Source: Candidatus Bathyarchaeota archaeon
Lineage (GTDB): Archaea; Thermoproteota; Bathyarchaeia; Bathyarchaeales; Bathycorpusculaceae
Assembly (NCBI GenBank): GCA_963828195.1
Contig: CAWHDT010000007.1
Span: 224,001-288,000 of the forward strand
Reading direction: 5' to 3'
DNA: 64,000 nucleotides
In this document: one piece after another, positions 1 through 9,404 of the stretch
How positions within the stretch are numbered: the first letter of the stretch is position 1
How the letters are laid out: every line of letters starts with the position of its first letter
Made by a program: the position numbers and the translations under genes
Notes under the pieces: generated by a model
What the model saw: only the letters and a program-made list of their open reading frames with translations
What the model was told of the DNA's origin: nothing
The model's database searches: none

Positions 1-1
1 G

Positions 2-388
2 TGCGAAACTGGTTTAACCTATGAACAACTCATTGACGTCGGCATCTTGATCGGAACAGACTTCAACCCCAACGGCATAAAGGGCCTAGGACCAAAAACC
101 GCCCTCAAACTCGTCAAGCAATACGGGTCATTAGAAAAAGCTCTTCCAAACATAAAAAACGCGTCTTTCCCAGTTGACCCAAACTGTATACGCGCTGTCT
201 TTCTGCACCCCGAAGTAACAGACAACTACAAAATAGAGTGGAGAGACCCGAATGTTGAAGGCGCCGTTGACTTCATGGTGGGGCAAAAAGAGTTCTTAGA
301 GGACAGAATCAGAAAATCCCTCGGAAAAATGATGGAAGGCAGCAAGAAGCAAAAAAGTAAAGTGTCTCTGGAGAAATGGTTCGGTTAA
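2..388 (+). CDS. fen: Flap endonuclease 1, C-terminal part (5' end outside window)
   Basis: Frame open from nt 2: LTYEQLIDVGILIGTDFNPNGIKGLGPKTALKLVK (H3TH motif); C-terminal PIP-box-like KVSLEKWFG. Confidence 0.95.
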   Translation, partial: CETGLTYEQLIDVGILIGTDFNPNGIKGLGPKTALKLVKQYGSLEKALPNIKNASFPVDPNCIRAVFLHPEVTDNYKIEWRDPNVEGAVDFMVGQKEFLEDRIRKSLGKMMEGSKKQKSKVSLEKWFG

Positions 389-419
389 GAGACGCCTCTT
401 TTTTATGGGAAAAAAAGGG

Positions 420-2249
420 TTACTTTACAGTAACGCACTTCGCGAGGTTTCTTGGCATATCTGGGTTGCATCCTTTCTCAAGAGACATATAATACGCTAA
501 AAGTTGTAGGGGAACTGCGAAAGGAATCGGCGATAGAACTCCGGGGATGCCCTTTGGAACCTCAACGTAATCATCAGCTAACGATTTGATGTCTTCGTCT
601 CCTTCCTCACCAATGGCAATGATGTGGGCGCCTCTGGCTTTCATCTCCATGATGTTGCCAATCAGCGTTTTGTGGCAGTCATCTCTGGGACAGACGAAAA
701 CCACTGGGAAGCCGGCTTCAATCAGGCTGATGGGACCATGTTTGCTTTCGCCTGCGGGGAACGCTATCGCCGGAATATAGGCGATTTCCATTAGCTTAAG
801 TCTGCCTTCGTATGCTGTGGCGGTGCTGATTCCTCTGCCTAAAAAGAAGAACACTTTAGAGTCTTTGTATTTCTTTGCGATTTGCTTCACTTTTTCTTCT
901 TGAGTTCTCACTATTGTTTCGGCGATTTCGGGCAATTTATCTAAATTTGCTTCCAGGCTGTCTATTTCGTCCTGGGAAACTTTGCCTCTTTTCTTCGCAA
1001 GCTTGAGCGCAAGTTGTGCCAACACGGAAAGCTGAGATGTAAAGGTTTTCGTAGCTGCCACTCCAATTTCTGGACCGGCCTGTGTGCCAATGTAAACGCG
1101 GGAGACCCGTGTTAAAGTGGAGCCGATGACGTTTGTTAAGCTTAGAACGGTGGCTGCACGCTGCTGGGCGCAGGTGACAGCCGCTATTGTGTCAGCTGTT
1201 TCGCCTGACTGGCTAACCGCTAAAATGGTGCTGTCGATATTTACCGATTTTCCATGCTGCTCTACGAATTCTGAAGCGTAAACGGGGTAAGTGGGCAAGA
1301 ACGCGAGTTTAGAGAACATGTATGAAGCCGCCAAACATGCATGGTAGCTTGTTCCGCAGGCAACAAGAAAGACCTCGTTCGCGCGGTCCAGAAAAGTTGT
1401 CATCAAATCCAGATAATGCTCCTGCATTCTCAGCGTGTTGCGAAGAGTCTCAGGCTGCTCATGAATCTCTTTGATCATAAAGTGCGGGTAGCCTTGCTTA
1501 ACAGCCATTTCAGCCGTCCACTCAATAATTTCCGGTTCCCGGTTGACAGGGCTGGAATCCTGAATTTTCTTAATTTCATAGCCCCTCGCTGTCAGAATCA
1601 CCATTTCACCGTTATTTATCATGACTGCTTTGTTGGTGACTGGCAGAAATGCTGGAATATCTGAAGCGCAGAAAACGCCTTTGCCGTTGATGCCTAAAAC
1701 CAAGGGGCTTTCGTTTCTTGCGCAGATAATCTTGTCAGGCTCTTTTGTGGAGATTACGGCCAACGCATAGGAGCCTTCAAGGCGCTTGAGGGTTTCTTGA
1801 ACTGCATCGGTTAAGGAGAGTTTGGGGTTCTGTTTGAGGGTTTGTTCGATGAGGTGCGGGATTACTTCTGTATCTGTTTTGGAGACAAATGTGTGGTCAA
1901 GATTTTCAAGTTCTGCTCTAAGCTCCATGAAATTCTCGATGATTCCGTTGTGAACAACCATTATTTCGCCTGTGCAGTCGGAGTGGGGGTGAGCGTTCAC
2001 TTTTAGGGGTGCGCCGTGTGTTGCCCAGCGTGTGTGTCCGATACCTATGTTGCCTGGTAAATCGTCAAGGTTTAAGATTTTGTGGACCTCGTCGATTTTG
2101 CCTTGGTCTTTTTTTAAGAAAATTTTTCCATCAGATATTGTTGCTATGCCTACTGAGTCGTAGCCGCGGTATTCAAGCCGTTTAAGTGATGAATGAATTA
2201 AGGGGGCGGCGTTTTCTTCTTTTAAAACACATCCGAATATTCCACACAT
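420..2249 (-). CDS. glmS: Glutamine--fructose-6-phosphate transaminase (isomerizing)
   Basis: MCGIFG N-terminus, LEYRGYDS, GHTRWATHG, SQSGETADT, two SIS domains, C-terminal PRNLAKCVTV. Confidence 0.97.
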   Translation of the reverse strand: MCGIFGCVLKEENAAPLIHSSLKRLEYRGYDSVGIATISDGKIFLKKDQGKIDEVHKILNLDDLPGNIGIGHTRWATHGAPLKVNAHPHSDCTGEIMVVHNGIIENFMELRAELENLDHTFVSKTDTEVIPHLIEQTLKQNPKLSLTDAVQETLKRLEGSYALAVISTKEPDKIICARNESPLVLGINGKGVFCASDIPAFLPVTNKAVMINNGEMVILTARGYEIKKIQDSSPVNREPEIIEWTAEMAVKQGYPHFMIKEIHEQPETLRNTLRMQEHYLDLMTTFLDRANEVFLVACGTSYHACLAASYMFSKLAFLPTYPVYASEFVEQHGKSVNIDSTILAVSQSGETADTIAAVTCAQQRAATVLSLTNVIGSTLTRVSRVYIGTQAGPEIGVAATKTFTSQLSVLAQLALKLAKKRGKVSQDEIDSLEANLDKLPEIAETIVRTQEEKVKQIAKKYKDSKVFFFLGRGISTATAYEGRLKLMEIAYIPAIAFPAGESKHGPISLIEAGFPVVFVCPRDDCHKTLIGNIMEMKARGAHIIAIGEEGDEDIKSLADDYVEVPKGIPGVLSPIPFAVPLQLLAYYMSLEKGCNPDMPRNLAKCVTVK

Positions 2250-2470
2250 TTCGAAAACCTCGTTCCAACTGTTATGACTTAAGGAGCTTGGGTTTCGCTA
2301 ATAAGCATTTTTAATATTTCTGTTTCACCGCCCAAAAGTTTGTTTTAGCACTTCTCATGTATTTATCGTGCAGGCGGAGGCTTTAGGGCTGTTTGGGCTC
2401 AATTTCTTTTTAACCATTATAAATAAATTTTTTATAGTACCTTACGTTATCTAACCCCTCGGGATTGCAT

Positions 2471-3433
2471 ATGAACAAAAAACTGCTTCTCCAAGACAAC
2501 GGCAACACCCAAGAAGTCAAAGAAATCAGCATAATCAACGATTCACAAAAACTAAAAATGATACTGGGCAGCCTAAGCTGGAAAATCCTAACAATGCTCT
2601 CAAAAAAGGAAATGTACCCCCTAGAAATCGCTCGGCAGCTCGGCATGCATGAACAAAAAGTCTACTACCACATCAGAAAACTCGCCAAAGCAGGAGCCAT
2701 AGTTGTTGTACGGGAGGAAAAAAAGAAAGGGGCAACAGCGAAATATTTCAAAACGGTTTCACCCGCTTTCGGTATCGAGTTTCCCGACGGCTACAAAGCA
2801 ATCCAAAACCTTTGCCTCGCAGGAATCGACACGCAACTTCAAGAGTTCTTCAAAGAATTCATAAGCAACGGTGTTTTCGACGGAAAAATAGTTGTGGGCA
2901 GCCCGCAGCCTCATGGTCCCTTTAAAACCAGCGCGAGGGATGGACATTACGCAGCGCATTTGGCGCTTTTCATTGGTCAATTTGCAAAAATGCCCACAGA
3001 GTTCGCCGTGAAACTTGACGTTGACGTGAAAGTGGAAAAGGAGGAGAGAAACCATTTAATCCTTGTTGGCGGGCCAGGAACAAACCTTCTTACGCAGGAA
3101 ATAAACGGTTATTTACCCATCAAATTTATAATGCAGTCTACTGGACAAGGTTTCTTGCTGGGCGGTTTGTCTTCAGAGAAGACCATGCAGGTTTATACTT
3201 CGGATTCTTCAGGATTAATCGCTAAAATCGTGAATCCATGGGATAAGACCAAACGCATCGTGGTTTTGGCGGGAAACAAAGCTGTCGGAACAAAAGCGTG
3301 CGTTTTAGCCTTGACTAATTTTTGGAAGAAAACATTAGAGAAATACAGCGGAGAGGACCCCTTCGCAGTTGTGATTCACGGGTTTGATTTAGACGGGGAC
3401 GGCAAAGTGGATTCAATTGAGGTTAACGAGTAA
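2471..3433 (+). CDS. ArsR-type HTH transcriptional regulator with a large C-terminal alpha/beta domain
   Basis: YPLEIARQLGMHEQKVYYHIRKLAKAG HTH; C-terminal LILVGGPGTN and DLDGDGKVD motifs; divergent from glmS. Confidence 0.75.
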   Translation: MNKKLLLQDNGNTQEVKEISIINDSQKLKMILGSLSWKILTMLSKKEMYPLEIARQLGMHEQKVYYHIRKLAKAGAIVVVREEKKKGATAKYFKTVSPAFGIEFPDGYKAIQNLCLAGIDTQLQEFFKEFISNGVFDGKIVVGSPQPHGPFKTSARDGHYAAHLALFIGQFAKMPTEFAVKLDVDVKVEKEERNHLILVGGPGTNLLTQEINGYLPIKFIMQSTGQGFLLGGLSSEKTMQVYTSDSSGLIAKIVNPWDKTKRIVVLAGNKAVGTKACVLALTNFWKKTLEKYSGEDPFAVVIHGFDLDGDGKVDSIEVNE

Positions 3434-3868
3434 TTGAATGCTAAAGAAACGAAAGAAAGCCTCGCGGCTTTGGGGCATGAAAACATACAAGCCGTTCACC
3501 CGTCAACTTTGATGTTTACAAAGGAAAAGCATTTGTCCAAAACGGGCGATTGTATAGTTGCGGTCGCCTCAGATATGGCAGCGGCGGACTTAAACCCTAA
3601 GTTCAAAAAAAGATTGAAAAGACCAAATGCTAAACTAACAATCATTATTGAGGCTGGAGGCTTAATTGAAAAAATTAACGCCTCTGGCTCACCAAAACTG
3701 CTTTTAACCCACGCAACAGACATGGTTATTCGAAAAAGCGACTATATCTGCGACCGGACCTTGGCAATTCGCGCTGACAAATCCGCAAATGATTTGTCAA
3801 GAGAATTAGTTGAGAAGCTAAAAAATATAGAACAGAAAGTCAACATTACACTTGTCATTCATGAGTAG
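3434..3868 (+). CDS. DUF371 family protein
   Basis: GHENIQAVHPSTLMFTKE..L..GDCIVAV, DMVIRKSDY and ADKSANDL motifs. Confidence 0.85.
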   Translation: MNAKETKESLAALGHENIQAVHPSTLMFTKEKHLSKTGDCIVAVASDMAAADLNPKFKKRLKRPNAKLTIIIEAGGLIEKINASGSPKLLLTHATDMVIRKSDYICDRTLAIRADKSANDLSRELVEKLKNIEQKVNITLVIHE

Positions 3869-4934
3869 CTATTTTGGCATCTAAAACAATCTGTGATTCG
3901 TAGGGCGCTGTTTCCCGAACGCTTTTTGCGTAAAGAAACGCTTCCATTTTCCTACCTGATGCCTCTACAGCTTGGCAAAATCGCAGCTTTAGGTTCTCTA
4001 TTGAATCGGGTGAACGAACGAAACCATAAAAATGAATTATCCCGCCCTCTGGCTTAATGGTTTGGCAAGCGGCATCTACGAATTCAATTGCTGTTTCAGG
4101 CAAATTCATTATCACTCGGTTCGCGGAGCCCATAAGCTTTGTTCCGGCTACTTGTCTTGCATCGCCAAGAATGGGAAAGACCCTGTTTTCGACCCTATTT
4201 ACTCGCGCATTTAATTTAAGCAACTCAACGGCATCAGGATTAATATCAACAGCGTAAACTTCCACGTTGGGATTCTTTTTGGCAATCAGCACTGAGAAGG
4301 GTCCGACTCCAGCAAATAAATCAACCACGGTTTCTCCAGCCTGCATCAGCGACGCCACCCGTTGATGCTCGTTTGAAAGCCTAGGGGAAAAATAGGCTTT
4401 AGCCACGTCAACATGGTACTGGCAGCCGAATTCCCTATGGACAGTTTGTGTTTTTTGTTCTCCAGCGATAAAAATAAGTTCGCGCAGCCGGTAAACTCCG
4501 CTTATTGCGCCTGCTTTCGCAAATACGGTTCTGATGTTTGTATGAGTTTCAAGAATTGCTTTGCCGATTACGCTTTCGTACGGTTTGAGTTCTGGAGGAA
4601 TTTCCATTATGACTATATCCCCGATTATGTCTAGTGCTTGAGGCAAGTTTGCCAGCAATTGCGGAGGCACTTTGTTTTCGAGAGCTTGCAAGAGCGTTTT
4701 GGCTGGGCGAGGTTTTTCAGTGAAAATGCCCTTTAAAAACTGAGTTTGGGGCACTTGGCTTTTTAGCGTTGCCAACGCATCTTCATCTGGCGGCCTGACC
4801 AAGGGAATGCAAAGGTAGTCTGTTTCGCGCTGAATTTCCAATGACTTATCGACAAGCTCGAGTTTATTGGCTAATGCTATTGCTTTCTCGCCTTGTTTTT
4901 TCGGAACCCTCAAGGAAATAGTTGATTTGGGCAT
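3855..4934 (-). CDS. trm5: tRNA (guanine37-N1)-methyltransferase, Trm5 family
   Basis: DIIGDIV, YFSPRLSNEH, VVDLFAGVGPF SAM motif, VIMNLP motif. Confidence 0.9.
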   Translation of the reverse strand: MPKSTISLRVPKKQGEKAIALANKLELVDKSLEIQRETDYLCIPLVRPPDEDALATLKSQVPQTQFLKGIFTEKPRPAKTLLQALENKVPPQLLANLPQALDIIGDIVIMEIPPELKPYESVIGKAILETHTNIRTVFAKAGAISGVYRLRELIFIAGEQKTQTVHREFGCQYHVDVAKAYFSPRLSNEHQRVASLMQAGETVVDLFAGVGPFSVLIAKKNPNVEVYAVDINPDAVELLKLNARVNRVENRVFPILGDARQVAGTKLMGSANRVIMNLPETAIEFVDAACQTIKPEGGIIHFYGFVRSPDSIENLKLRFCQAVEASGRKMEAFLYAKSVRETAPYESQIVLDAKIATHE

Positions 4935-4938
4935 GTGA

Positions 4939-5982
4939 TCAGCTGCTTTTTTCTATTCTGTAGAGGCCATTTACTTTTTGAGTGGTGAATTGGACGTTTA
5001 ACATTTTTTCCATCAGCCAAATGTTCGATTCAATATGCTCCGAAATAGTTCGGCATGAAAAGGCTGATTTGCCCTCTGCCAGCGCCATGTAAGGGATAAG
5101 CATATCAGCCAAGTAGATATCGACTGTTGGCTGGGCAGTCAACTCGGTTATGAGCTTTTCCGCGGCTTCTTCTCCAACGGCTTCGCTTGTTTTTCGGAGT
5201 TCCCCAATTGAGTCAGCGCCGATAGTTACGCCCGAGTCGGTTTCAGCCCATAGAACAAGTGAACTGCCTTTCTGAAAAGGGTTTGACTGGTCATTTACAA
5301 CTTCGATAAAGGAATTGTAACCCTTTTTGGTGAGGCGGTTTTGTGCGGATTTTGCTTGCCGCTCCGCCACTTGCTTATCCGCCAAAAAAGTACAGACTGA
5401 AACGCCTTTGACGCCTTTGATTTTGCCAAAATTGTCCAGTTTGACAGGTTTTAACTTCTGGTTAGGCATCACTCTCATTGTTGCTTCCCCCATTCCCTTC
5501 GGGTAATAACCATATTTTTGCACCGTTATGTCCGCGTTAACACCCATCTGTTTCAGCGCTGGTAGAAGCACGTTTCGTATGTAGTTGATGGTCGGTGCGT
5601 GGGTGGTATCTGTTCCGCCTTTGCCTACATGCAAACGTACGGGGTTGTCGGCGAACAAACAGATTGGCAATGTCGCCAGAAGCAGCATAGGGATGCTTCC
5701 AGCTGTCTGGATTTCTGCTTCAAAGTTGCCTCCGCAGATTTCTTGGGGAGTAAACCAAAGCTCCCTTGAGCCTAAGGCTGCCCCCTGCACTTTGGCGTTG
5801 CAGAGTTTAGCAGCTGTAAGCGCTGCTTCCAAATGCTGATGCTTTAAACCTGGCTGGGGGCGGCTTTGTCTTATGTTGTAGATGTGCAGTGGCTGTTTTA
5901 TGATAGCTGCCAAAGCTACGGAGAGGCGAAGGATTGTGCCGCTTCCGCTTTTTTGGCTTCCGTCAATTTCAATCATGCCCAC
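4939..5982 (-). CDS. rtcA: RNA 3'-terminal phosphate cyclase
   Basis: IEIDGS..SGSGTILRLS, NIRQSRPQPGLKHQHL, GYYPKGMG, SEHIESN (catalytic His region). Confidence 0.93.
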   Translation of the reverse strand: MGMIEIDGSQKSGSGTILRLSVALAAIIKQPLHIYNIRQSRPQPGLKHQHLEAALTAAKLCNAKVQGAALGSRELWFTPQEICGGNFEAEIQTAGSIPMLLLATLPICLFADNPVRLHVGKGGTDTTHAPTINYIRNVLLPALKQMGVNADITVQKYGYYPKGMGEATMRVMPNQKLKPVKLDNFGKIKGVKGVSVCTFLADKQVAERQAKSAQNRLTKKGYNSFIEVVNDQSNPFQKGSSLVLWAETDSGVTIGADSIGELRKTSEAVGEEAAEKLITELTAQPTVDIYLADMLIPYMALAEGKSAFSCRTISEHIESNIWLMEKMLNVQFTTQKVNGLYRIEKSS

Positions 5983-6067
5983 TTTCTTCCAGTTCAGCTA
6001 TTGTTTGTGTTACAAATAATTAATAAGCGTCTTGGGATTATTTAGAAGCTTAAGAGGGAGCGTTTGC

Positions 6068-6466
6068 ATGAGCACTGACAAAGAAAAAATTAATGAGCTT
6101 GCAGGAAAGATTGACAAAATTCTAAAATCATTAAACGAAATTTCAGAAGAAATGCGTTCCGTTTCAGCAACAATGAAATCCCTGACAGGAGGACAAGTAA
6201 CTCCGCCTCCCATTGCCCAAACGCCAGCTCCTCCTGCCGCAGGTGCCAAACAGAGGTCGCTTGATGAAATTCGCATGTCGTTTCCTGAGGAACTTGAAGC
6301 CAGATTAAGCTTCGAGGACAAAGGTGATTACATAATAATCAAGCCAAAACAGTTTTTGGGTTCAGAGAACTTTGCGAAAATAGCTTCTGCAGTCAGAGGC
6401 ATGAGCGGAGAATACATCAGCGCTGGGAAAGATTCGCATTTTAGAGTGCCGAAGAAAAAAGCGTAG
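6068..6466 (+). CDS. Hypothetical protein: coiled coil, Pro-rich linker, small C-terminal alpha/beta domain
   Basis: ATG after GAGGGAG; heptad N-terminus; C-terminal IKPKQFLGSENFAKIA..GEYISAGKDSHFRVP. Confidence 0.75.
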   Translation: MSTDKEKINELAGKIDKILKSLNEISEEMRSVSATMKSLTGGQVTPPPIAQTPAPPAAGAKQRSLDEIRMSFPEELEARLSFEDKGDYIIIKPKQFLGSENFAKIASAVRGMSGEYISAGKDSHFRVPKKKA

Positions 6467-6471
6467 TTTGC

Positions 6472-6747
6472 TTACCCTGCCTCAAAGCTGCTAAATTCTC
6501 CACGATAAGGCTCTTCCGTAACGTCAACCCCTGTTACGGCTGCCGAAGAAGGACCATGATGACAGTACTCGACCAGCTTTTTAACAGCTTCTTCTTCGCC
6601 TTCAAAAACAGCCTCAACTCTGCCATCAAACAAATTGCGAATCCAGCCTGAAACGCCAAAATATTCCGCTTGCCGCTTGGTTCCTTGCCTAAAGAAAACG
6701 CCCTGAACTCTGCCGCTGACAAACACATGAACCCTAATTTTAGCCAT
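6472..6747 (-). CDS. acyP: Acylphosphatase
   Basis: VSGRVQGVFFR and GWIRNLFDGRVE signatures. Confidence 0.93.
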   Translation of the reverse strand: MAKIRVHVFVSGRVQGVFFRQGTKRQAEYFGVSGWIRNLFDGRVEAVFEGEEEAVKKLVEYCHHGPSSAAVTGVDVTEEPYRGEFSSFEAG

Positions 6748-6818
6748 TGGTTTTATCAAATAAAAATTGAAGATTCAAATTTAAAAATGTAGTTCCAACA
6801 AAAGAAAAAAGGGTGGTT

Positions 6819-7271
6819 TCAATCCCAAACTCTGATTTTTTCTCCAACAGTATACAAGAATGTGCTTGCTGTAGAAGGCCCTAAAAACTTGAATTTGTTA
6901 ACTAAATCACTTACCACGTTTTCATAGTTGTTTGACTTATCTAGGCTGTCAAGGTACTTTTGGAATGACCCGTACTGTTTCTCTATGGCTATGAAGTTTT
7001 GAGCGTTTTGAATGATTCCTTGAATTTTGAGTTTGTTTCGAATGATTTCCGGGTCATTTAGGAGTCTTTCAACGTCAGCGTTTGTAAAGCACGATACCTT
7101 GTTGATTTTGAAATTTGCAAATGCCTTCTTGATTGATGGCCATTTGCTGTCTATTACGTGCCAGTTTAACCCAGCTTGAAAGATAACTCGACACATGTTC
7201 TCAAAGTATTCCTCGTCAGTGCTCGGGCGCTTCCCTCGGTAACCACCAATCAGGCATCTTCCAATGTTCAT
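6819..7271 (-). CDS. tag: DNA-3-methyladenine glycosylase I (Tag-like); the 5' end may be frameshifted from an upstream ATG at 7287
   Basis: FQAGLNW, LLNDPEIIRNKLKI..IIQNA, FKFLGPST motifs. Confidence 0.85.
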   Translation of the reverse strand: MNIGRCLIGGYRGKRPSTDEEYFENMCRVIFQAGLNWHVIDSKWPSIKKAFANFKINKVSCFTNADVERLLNDPEIIRNKLKIQGIIQNAQNFIAIEKQYGSFQKYLDSLDKSNNYENVVSDLVNKFKFLGPSTASTFLYTVGEKIRVWD

Positions 7272-7305
7272 GTTCTTGCTCTTGCATAAAAATCAGTCCA
7301 GAGAC

Positions 7306-7740
7306 TTACTTCCATTCCCAGATTGCAATGTTGATTTCTGTCCACATTGGGTCAGTCGCTTCAAAAGTGACAACAGTAATGGTGTCGTTGAGCCAGCCTA
7401 GTTTTTCTGACATCGTCATGAAGGTCCACAAACCTACCGCGGTCGGGTTCTTACCCATCTCCATCTTCGTCATGCTAACTCCTTTCACTATGCCCATATC
7501 GCCACTCATAGTCATGAGCATTCCCTGATCTTTCGACCAACCGATGCCTTTAGGAGGCATCATGCTCTTGCCAGTCACATTGAGGTTGCAGTCTACGCCT
7601 TTAGCTTTCCCCATGCCCATCATTTTAGCCGTAAAAGTAAAGATTGAAACAACGCCCTCCATTCCAACTTCTTTTATGAAGCCTGCGCCACTTTTAGCTT
7701 TGCCTTCCCACAATTTCTCGCCAATCGCCAAATTTTTCAC
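7306..7740 (-). CDS. Hypothetical Met/Gly-rich, predicted all-beta protein
   Basis: GTG start after GTGAG; C-terminal SEKLGWLNDT..E......IWEWK. Confidence 0.7.
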   Translation of the reverse strand: MKNLAIGEKLWEGKAKSGAGFIKEVGMEGVVSIFTFTAKMMGMGKAKGVDCNLNVTGKSMMPPKGIGWSKDQGMLMTMSGDMGIVKGVSMTKMEMGKNPTAVGLWTFMTMSEKLGWLNDTITVVTFEATDPMWTEINIAIWEWK

Positions 7741-7917
7741 CTCACTAAATTAAAAAAGAATTTTATATCAAATTTAAGCAGTTGTGATTGCTCGTACACA
7801 GCAACATTATGATGCCTGCTCGGTTCACTTTCACTCCCCCCTCCCCTGCTTTAAACAGTCGTTTCATGGTTTGTTTTAAAAGCGTTTTTTTGGATACTGT
7901 GGGTTGGTGAGTTTGTC

Positions 7918-8256
7918 ATGTTCAAGGAAAACAGCGGGAAACTGATGGTTTATGCGTCAACTGGCGCTCCATGCAGGAAACGGTTGGAATCGGTTTGGAA
8001 TGCCACGCAAGAAACTGCTAAGCTGTTAAATCTAGATTTTAAGATGGTGAAGCTGGATAGGGCTGGGTCACCGATTTACGTGTACTATGAAGAAACAGGT
8101 GGCGAGGAACCTATTCCGCTGTATTGTGATGAAGGTAAAATGTCTGATTTAGAGGGGATATCTTCAGCGTTGAGAAGCATGATGTATGTTTTGTCTTTTC
8201 ATCCCAAGCATTCAGCGCTCAAGCAGATAAGAAAGGAAATCCTTAGACTTTCCTAA
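7918..8256 (+). CDS. Hypothetical protein
   Basis: ATG after GGTGAG; clean 112-aa ORF. Confidence 0.75.
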   Translation: MFKENSGKLMVYASTGAPCRKRLESVWNATQETAKLLNLDFKMVKLDRAGSPIYVYYEETGGEEPIPLYCDEGKMSDLEGISSALRSMMYVLSFHPKHSALKQIRKEILRLS

Positions 8257-8569
8257 AACGAATTGCTTGATTCTCCAGTATTACTTCGTAAACTTGATTT
8301 ACGTCAAAGGTAATGCATAAGCTGTCGTATTCATGTTCGGTTAAGAACAGGATTATTTTTGGTGTGGCAAGCTGCGTTTTCTGCGGCAGGAAAGGCATTT
8401 GCTGTTGGAGTGCTTGCATGATGTCTTGTGCCATTTTGGCTTCGTCTGATTGTGGTCTAAGCACGTAGGGGTTGACTTCTTGCTGCTCTTCAAGCAGCTC
8501 AATTCGTTTTCCCAGGTTGCCGTCCATATCGCGGGTGGACTCAATTTTGTTTACTCTCACGCGGAACAT
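8243..8569 (-). CDS. Arcadin-1 family protein
   Basis: RVNKI...D.DG..GKRIELLEE, central Gln-rich helix, PKIILFLTEHEYDSL..FDVNQVYEV resemble crenarchaeal arcadin-1. Confidence 0.7.
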   Translation of the reverse strand: MFRVRVNKIESTRDMDGNLGKRIELLEEQQEVNPYVLRPQSDEAKMAQDIMQALQQQMPFLPQKTQLATPKIILFLTEHEYDSLCITFDVNQVYEVILENQAIRFRKV

Positions 8570-8721
8570 AACTAACTCACTTCTAATTTAGCAAATAATA
8601 AGTCACACATTTAATCGTTTACACTACTTATACATGACTTTGCATATTGCTTTCATTAGTCACTGCAGCACTCAATGGAATGCCCATAAAAACATCGTAA
8701 AAAATAGTTTCTTTGTAGTCC

Positions 8722-9312
8722 CTATTGCGGTGCTGGATACGATTCATTGTTTGTTTGTTTCTTGATTTCTCTAATTCTCTTATCAATCTGTTTTAGCCGT
8801 TCCTGCATCATTTTGAATGATTGGTAAGTGTGCTTTCGCTGTTTTTCTAGCTCATTGAGGTTTTCTTGGCTGTTTATTTTCTCTTCGAGAAAAGGACTAA
8901 ATGGGGAAGGCATGGTCGGCATAGACTCGGACGCTTCAATGTTGAGGACTTCTCTGGAGAATTCTCGGAAAAGGCTGCCGATATTGTCGAATATTTCCGC
9001 TTGTTTTATGATGGCGCGTCTGAGAATAAGCTCTCCTGACTCTGTTATTTTGTAAATTTTGAGTCTGCGGTTATTTTGTTTTTCCCAGTGCCCTTTAATG
9101 TAACCTGATTTTTCGAGGTCGCGGAGGATTGGGTAAACGCCGCCCGCAGTGGGCTGCCAGAAGCCTTTAGTGCGCTTGTTAATTTCCTTCATTATTTCGT
9201 AGCCATGGGAGGTTTTCTTGTTAAGAAGGATCAAGACTCCCATGCGTATGTAGCCTTTCTGGGCTTCTTTCATCCAGTTCGCGGTTGTCTTTTCTTCTTT
9301 TTCTGTCGCCAT
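8722..9312 (-). CDS. PadR family transcriptional regulator
   Basis: HGYEIMKEI..PTAGGVYPILRDLEKSGYI..RRLKIYKITESG; C-terminal coiled coil. Confidence 0.92.
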   Translation of the reverse strand: MATEKEEKTTANWMKEAQKGYIRMGVLILLNKKTSHGYEIMKEINKRTKGFWQPTAGGVYPILRDLEKSGYIKGHWEKQNNRRLKIYKITESGELILRRAIIKQAEIFDNIGSLFREFSREVLNIEASESMPTMPSPFSPFLEEKINSQENLNELEKQRKHTYQSFKMMQERLKQIDKRIREIKKQTNNESYPAPQ

Positions 9313-9352
9313 GTTGCTTCAAATCTATATTATATTTGGGTAATACTTATAT

Positions 9353-9376
9353 TTTACCGCAATATATTGCAGTAAA
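9353..9376. promoter_or_regulatory. Candidate PadR operator: 24-bp palindrome with one mismatched pair
   Basis: TTTACCGCAATATATTGCAGTAAA between divergent padR and ABC exporter genes. Confidence 0.55.
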
Positions 9377-9404
9377 TACTATTCCAACATATGGGGTAAA
9401 CAAA

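Noticed and set aside
2250-2320. glmS ribozyme-like words upstream of glmS (TAGCG..AGTTGGAACGAGG..TTTTCGAA, minus strand)
   Set aside because: No AGCGCC core or supporting stems; the match runs into the ATG and GAGG is simply the SD sequence.
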